Below, one piece after another: positions 61,330 to 64,000 of a stretch of 64,000 nt of DNA. Origin of the DNA: Mobula hypostoma (Eukaryota). The stretch is from assembly GCF_963921235.1 (NCBI RefSeq), contig NC_086118.1, forward strand, positions 14,200,001 through 14,264,000. Reading direction: 5' to 3'. The notes beneath the pieces are model-generated. The model saw only the letters and a program-made list of their open reading frames with translations, searched no databases and had not been told where the DNA came from. Position numbers and translations under genes: made by a program. Positions within the stretch are counted from its first letter, which is position 1, and each line of letters opens with the position of its first letter.

Positions 61330-63254
61330 AAGGAAAATCCTCGTTGTGATTTGATAATGTTCTTGTCATACAGTGATCTTGTGACGCAGAATTTAACCCC
61401 AGCAAAGACTCTGCATTATACCTTTATTAACTTATGTTGACTTCTGTAGAAATTTACTAAGATTAGGAATGAGAACCCCAAAACGTTCCGCAGTCCATGT
61501 TGACATCCAGTTGTTGCTGAAGAGACGCTAGAGTTTCTGCATCTACTGCCTTCCCTGAAATTTAATTCCATTTGTTCACTCTTTGGCTGAAGAGGAATTT
61601 TATGACATTTGAATTTATATCTATTTGCCCTACACTTGCTACTTAATTTAAAGTAATTGGGTTTATGATCATTCTTTGTTTAGTTAAGCAGTAACAAAAC
61701 AAGTTGGTTGTTACTTGAAGCACTGTAATCTCAGCATTGCAAAAGGGGGAAAAGAAGGCAGAAACTATGAAATTGGATTTCTGCCGTAAATGACAATGTT
61801 ATTTTCAAGCTGTGAATGGTGAATGGTTACAAAGAACTGCAAACTAAATCTACTTTTCATGAAGCTATTTCTGTATATTGAAATCAATGCTGTAGCAGTT
61901 GCTGAAAGCCACTCAATCATGATATTAACGGAACCAAAGAAATCAGAAGTAGCAAAAAGTAATGTGGCGGAAATTTCTTCTACACAGCGAAAAAAAATGC
62001 ATATCAAAGCTGAGAGAAAATGAATTTACAAAGCATTAACTGACAGTCTAAAGTAAAATTATATGGCTGTTCAAAGTAAATTTTTGTTATCAAAGTACAT
62101 ATATGTCGACATATACAACTCCCAGATTCTTTTTGTTGTGGGCATACTCAGTAAATCTATAGAATAATAACCATAAGAAAATCAATGAAAGGCCGTCCAA
62201 GTGGGTCATTGAACCAGAGTGCAGTTTACAACAAGTTCTACAAATACAAAAAGTAATAATAATAATAATAATATATAAACAAACAATAAATAGAGAAAAT
62301 GAGAGGAGGAATCCTTGAAAGTGAGTCTATTGGTTGTGGGACCATTTCAATGATGGGGCAAATGAAGTTGAGTGAAGTTATCTCCCATAATGAACTGGGG
62401 CCATATCCACTCCTTTTTGCGGGATTTCCCGTTCAAAGGCATTGGTATTTCCATACCAGGCTGTGATGCAGCCAGTCAGTATACTCTCCACTACACACCT
62501 GTAGAAGTTTGTTGAAGTTTTAGATATTATGCCAAAACTTTTTAAAAATTGATGAGGATTTCTTAATGCTGCTTTTTGTCCGCTATCATCTTATAATGTA
62601 CAAAATTCAGATTAAAGAGAATCCTATCAATCTGTTTTTCTTCTGTTTATGTAGTCCATTATAAACAACGTTGAACGATTTTGCTATATACAGATGTCAT
62701 GAAGTCTTACCCATGAGGAATCTGGACCGGGAACTTCCTGGCTCTGTTTCTCTTCCACCGGTATCATTTCCTTAATATATTATTTGTATGTTATAAGGTC
62801 AGGAAGAGGTGCAGCACCATTTATTTATTTATTGGTAATAGTTGCACCAGAAGTTCACAATATATGATCTATTATTAACACAGAGCTCTCCATGGAATTC
62901 ACTGCTGTGAAAGACATGAAAGTTGCACGATAAAAAAGTTCCCACTTGCAATATTGTTTTGAATGTAGAAAATAATTTCCTGTCATTTATTTCTATAGAA
63001 TTTTCTTGCCACCTGCTCCAATCTAATCATGCTTCTGTAAATTATCATTTCACAGTCCCTCAGTGTGAAACCCAGTGGCTGCTGCAGATTATATGGACGT
63101 AGTCGTAATCAAGATACTGCTTTGGAGGTGGAGATAGATAAAGAGGGGATGTTCCCATGGAGAATCATGGCCAAGACAGTCAAGGAATGGTCACTTTAAC
63201 AGTACTGAGCCCTTCTTCCATGTCAGTGCAGTAAAATGAATGAAGGAGCAGTGT

Positions 63255-64000
63255 AAGACCAGAAGACGTAGGAGTAGAATTATTCCAGTTGGCCCATCGA
63301 GTCTGCATCATTCAATCATGGCTGATCCTTTTCTCCCCTCCTCAGCCCCACTCCCCTGCCTTCTCCCCGTAACATTTCATGCCATGTCCAGTCAAGAACC
63401 TATCAATCTCTGCCTTACATACACCCAATGACCTGGCCTCCACAGCAGCCTGTGGTAACAAATTCCACAAATTCACCACCCTCTGGCTAAAGAAATTTCT
63501 ACACATCTGTTTTAAATGGTCGCCCCTCTATCCTGAAGCTGTGCCCTCTTGTCCTACACTCCTCCATCATGGGAAACATTCTTTCTGCATCTACCCTGTC
63601 TAGTCCTTTCAACATTTGAAAGGTTTCAATGAGATCCCTCCTTCTAACTTCCAGTGAGTACAGACCCAGAGTCATGAAATGTTCCTCATATGATAACCCT
63701 GTCATTCCCTGAATCATCCTTGTGAACCTCCTCTGAACTCTCTCCAATGCCAGCACATCTTTTCTTTGATGAGGAGCCCAAAACTGTTCACAGTACTCAA
63801 GGTGAGACCTCACCGGTGCCTTATAAAGCCTCAGCATCACATACCTGCTCTTGTATCCTAGAACTCTTGAAATAAATGCTAACATTGCATTTGCCTTCCT
63901 CACTAGTGACTCAGCCTGCAAGGTAGCCTTTAGCAAATTCTGAACAAGGAATCCCAAATCCCTTTGCCTCTCATATTTTTGGATTTTCTTCCCGTTTATA
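63255..64000 (-). mobile_element. CR1 LINE 3' fragment
   Basis: ORF 63499-63957 (KANAMLAFISR...HLEYCEQFWAP) and CR1 3' UTR. Confidence 0.9.

Noticed and set aside
61500..63250. Search for GAS7 3' exons expected from human synteny
   Set aside because: No recognisable GAS7 coding sequence in the window; it may lie further right.

Overview
Vertebrate genomic DNA, most likely from a cartilaginous fish (inferred from the CR1, Rex/Babar, Penelope and V-SINE repeat content). Three protein-coding genes can be rebuilt from splice signals and homology. (1) The last two coding exons of GLP2R (+, 4289-4330 and 13505-13804). (2) A complete three-exon recoverin gene, RCVRN (-, 33429 to 26946, 200 aa), with CRX-type promoter sites. 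(3) A complete six-exon 6-pyruvoyl-tetrahydropterin synthase gene, PTS (+, 42826-61223, 149 aa), head-to-head with RCVRN, where human has no PTS gene. Most of the remainder is transposon-derived: many CR1 and Rex/Babar LINE fragments, a full-length but inactivated L1 with a 15-bp TSD in PTS intron 5, a Neptune-type Penelope element, R4/Dong and Gypsy remnants, a solo LTR, Tc1/mariner MITEs and SINEs. A ~3.1-kb, 44-bp minisatellite amplified from a LINE fragment lies in the last GLP2R intron. The most notable observation is a Penelope-derived minimal hammerhead ribozyme core inserted in sense immediately after the PTS stop codon, one of several hammerhead-bearing Penelope ends in the window. 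Most long ORFs in the track are repeat-derived. Repeat family names come from motif recognition, not database searches, and repeat boundaries are approximate.
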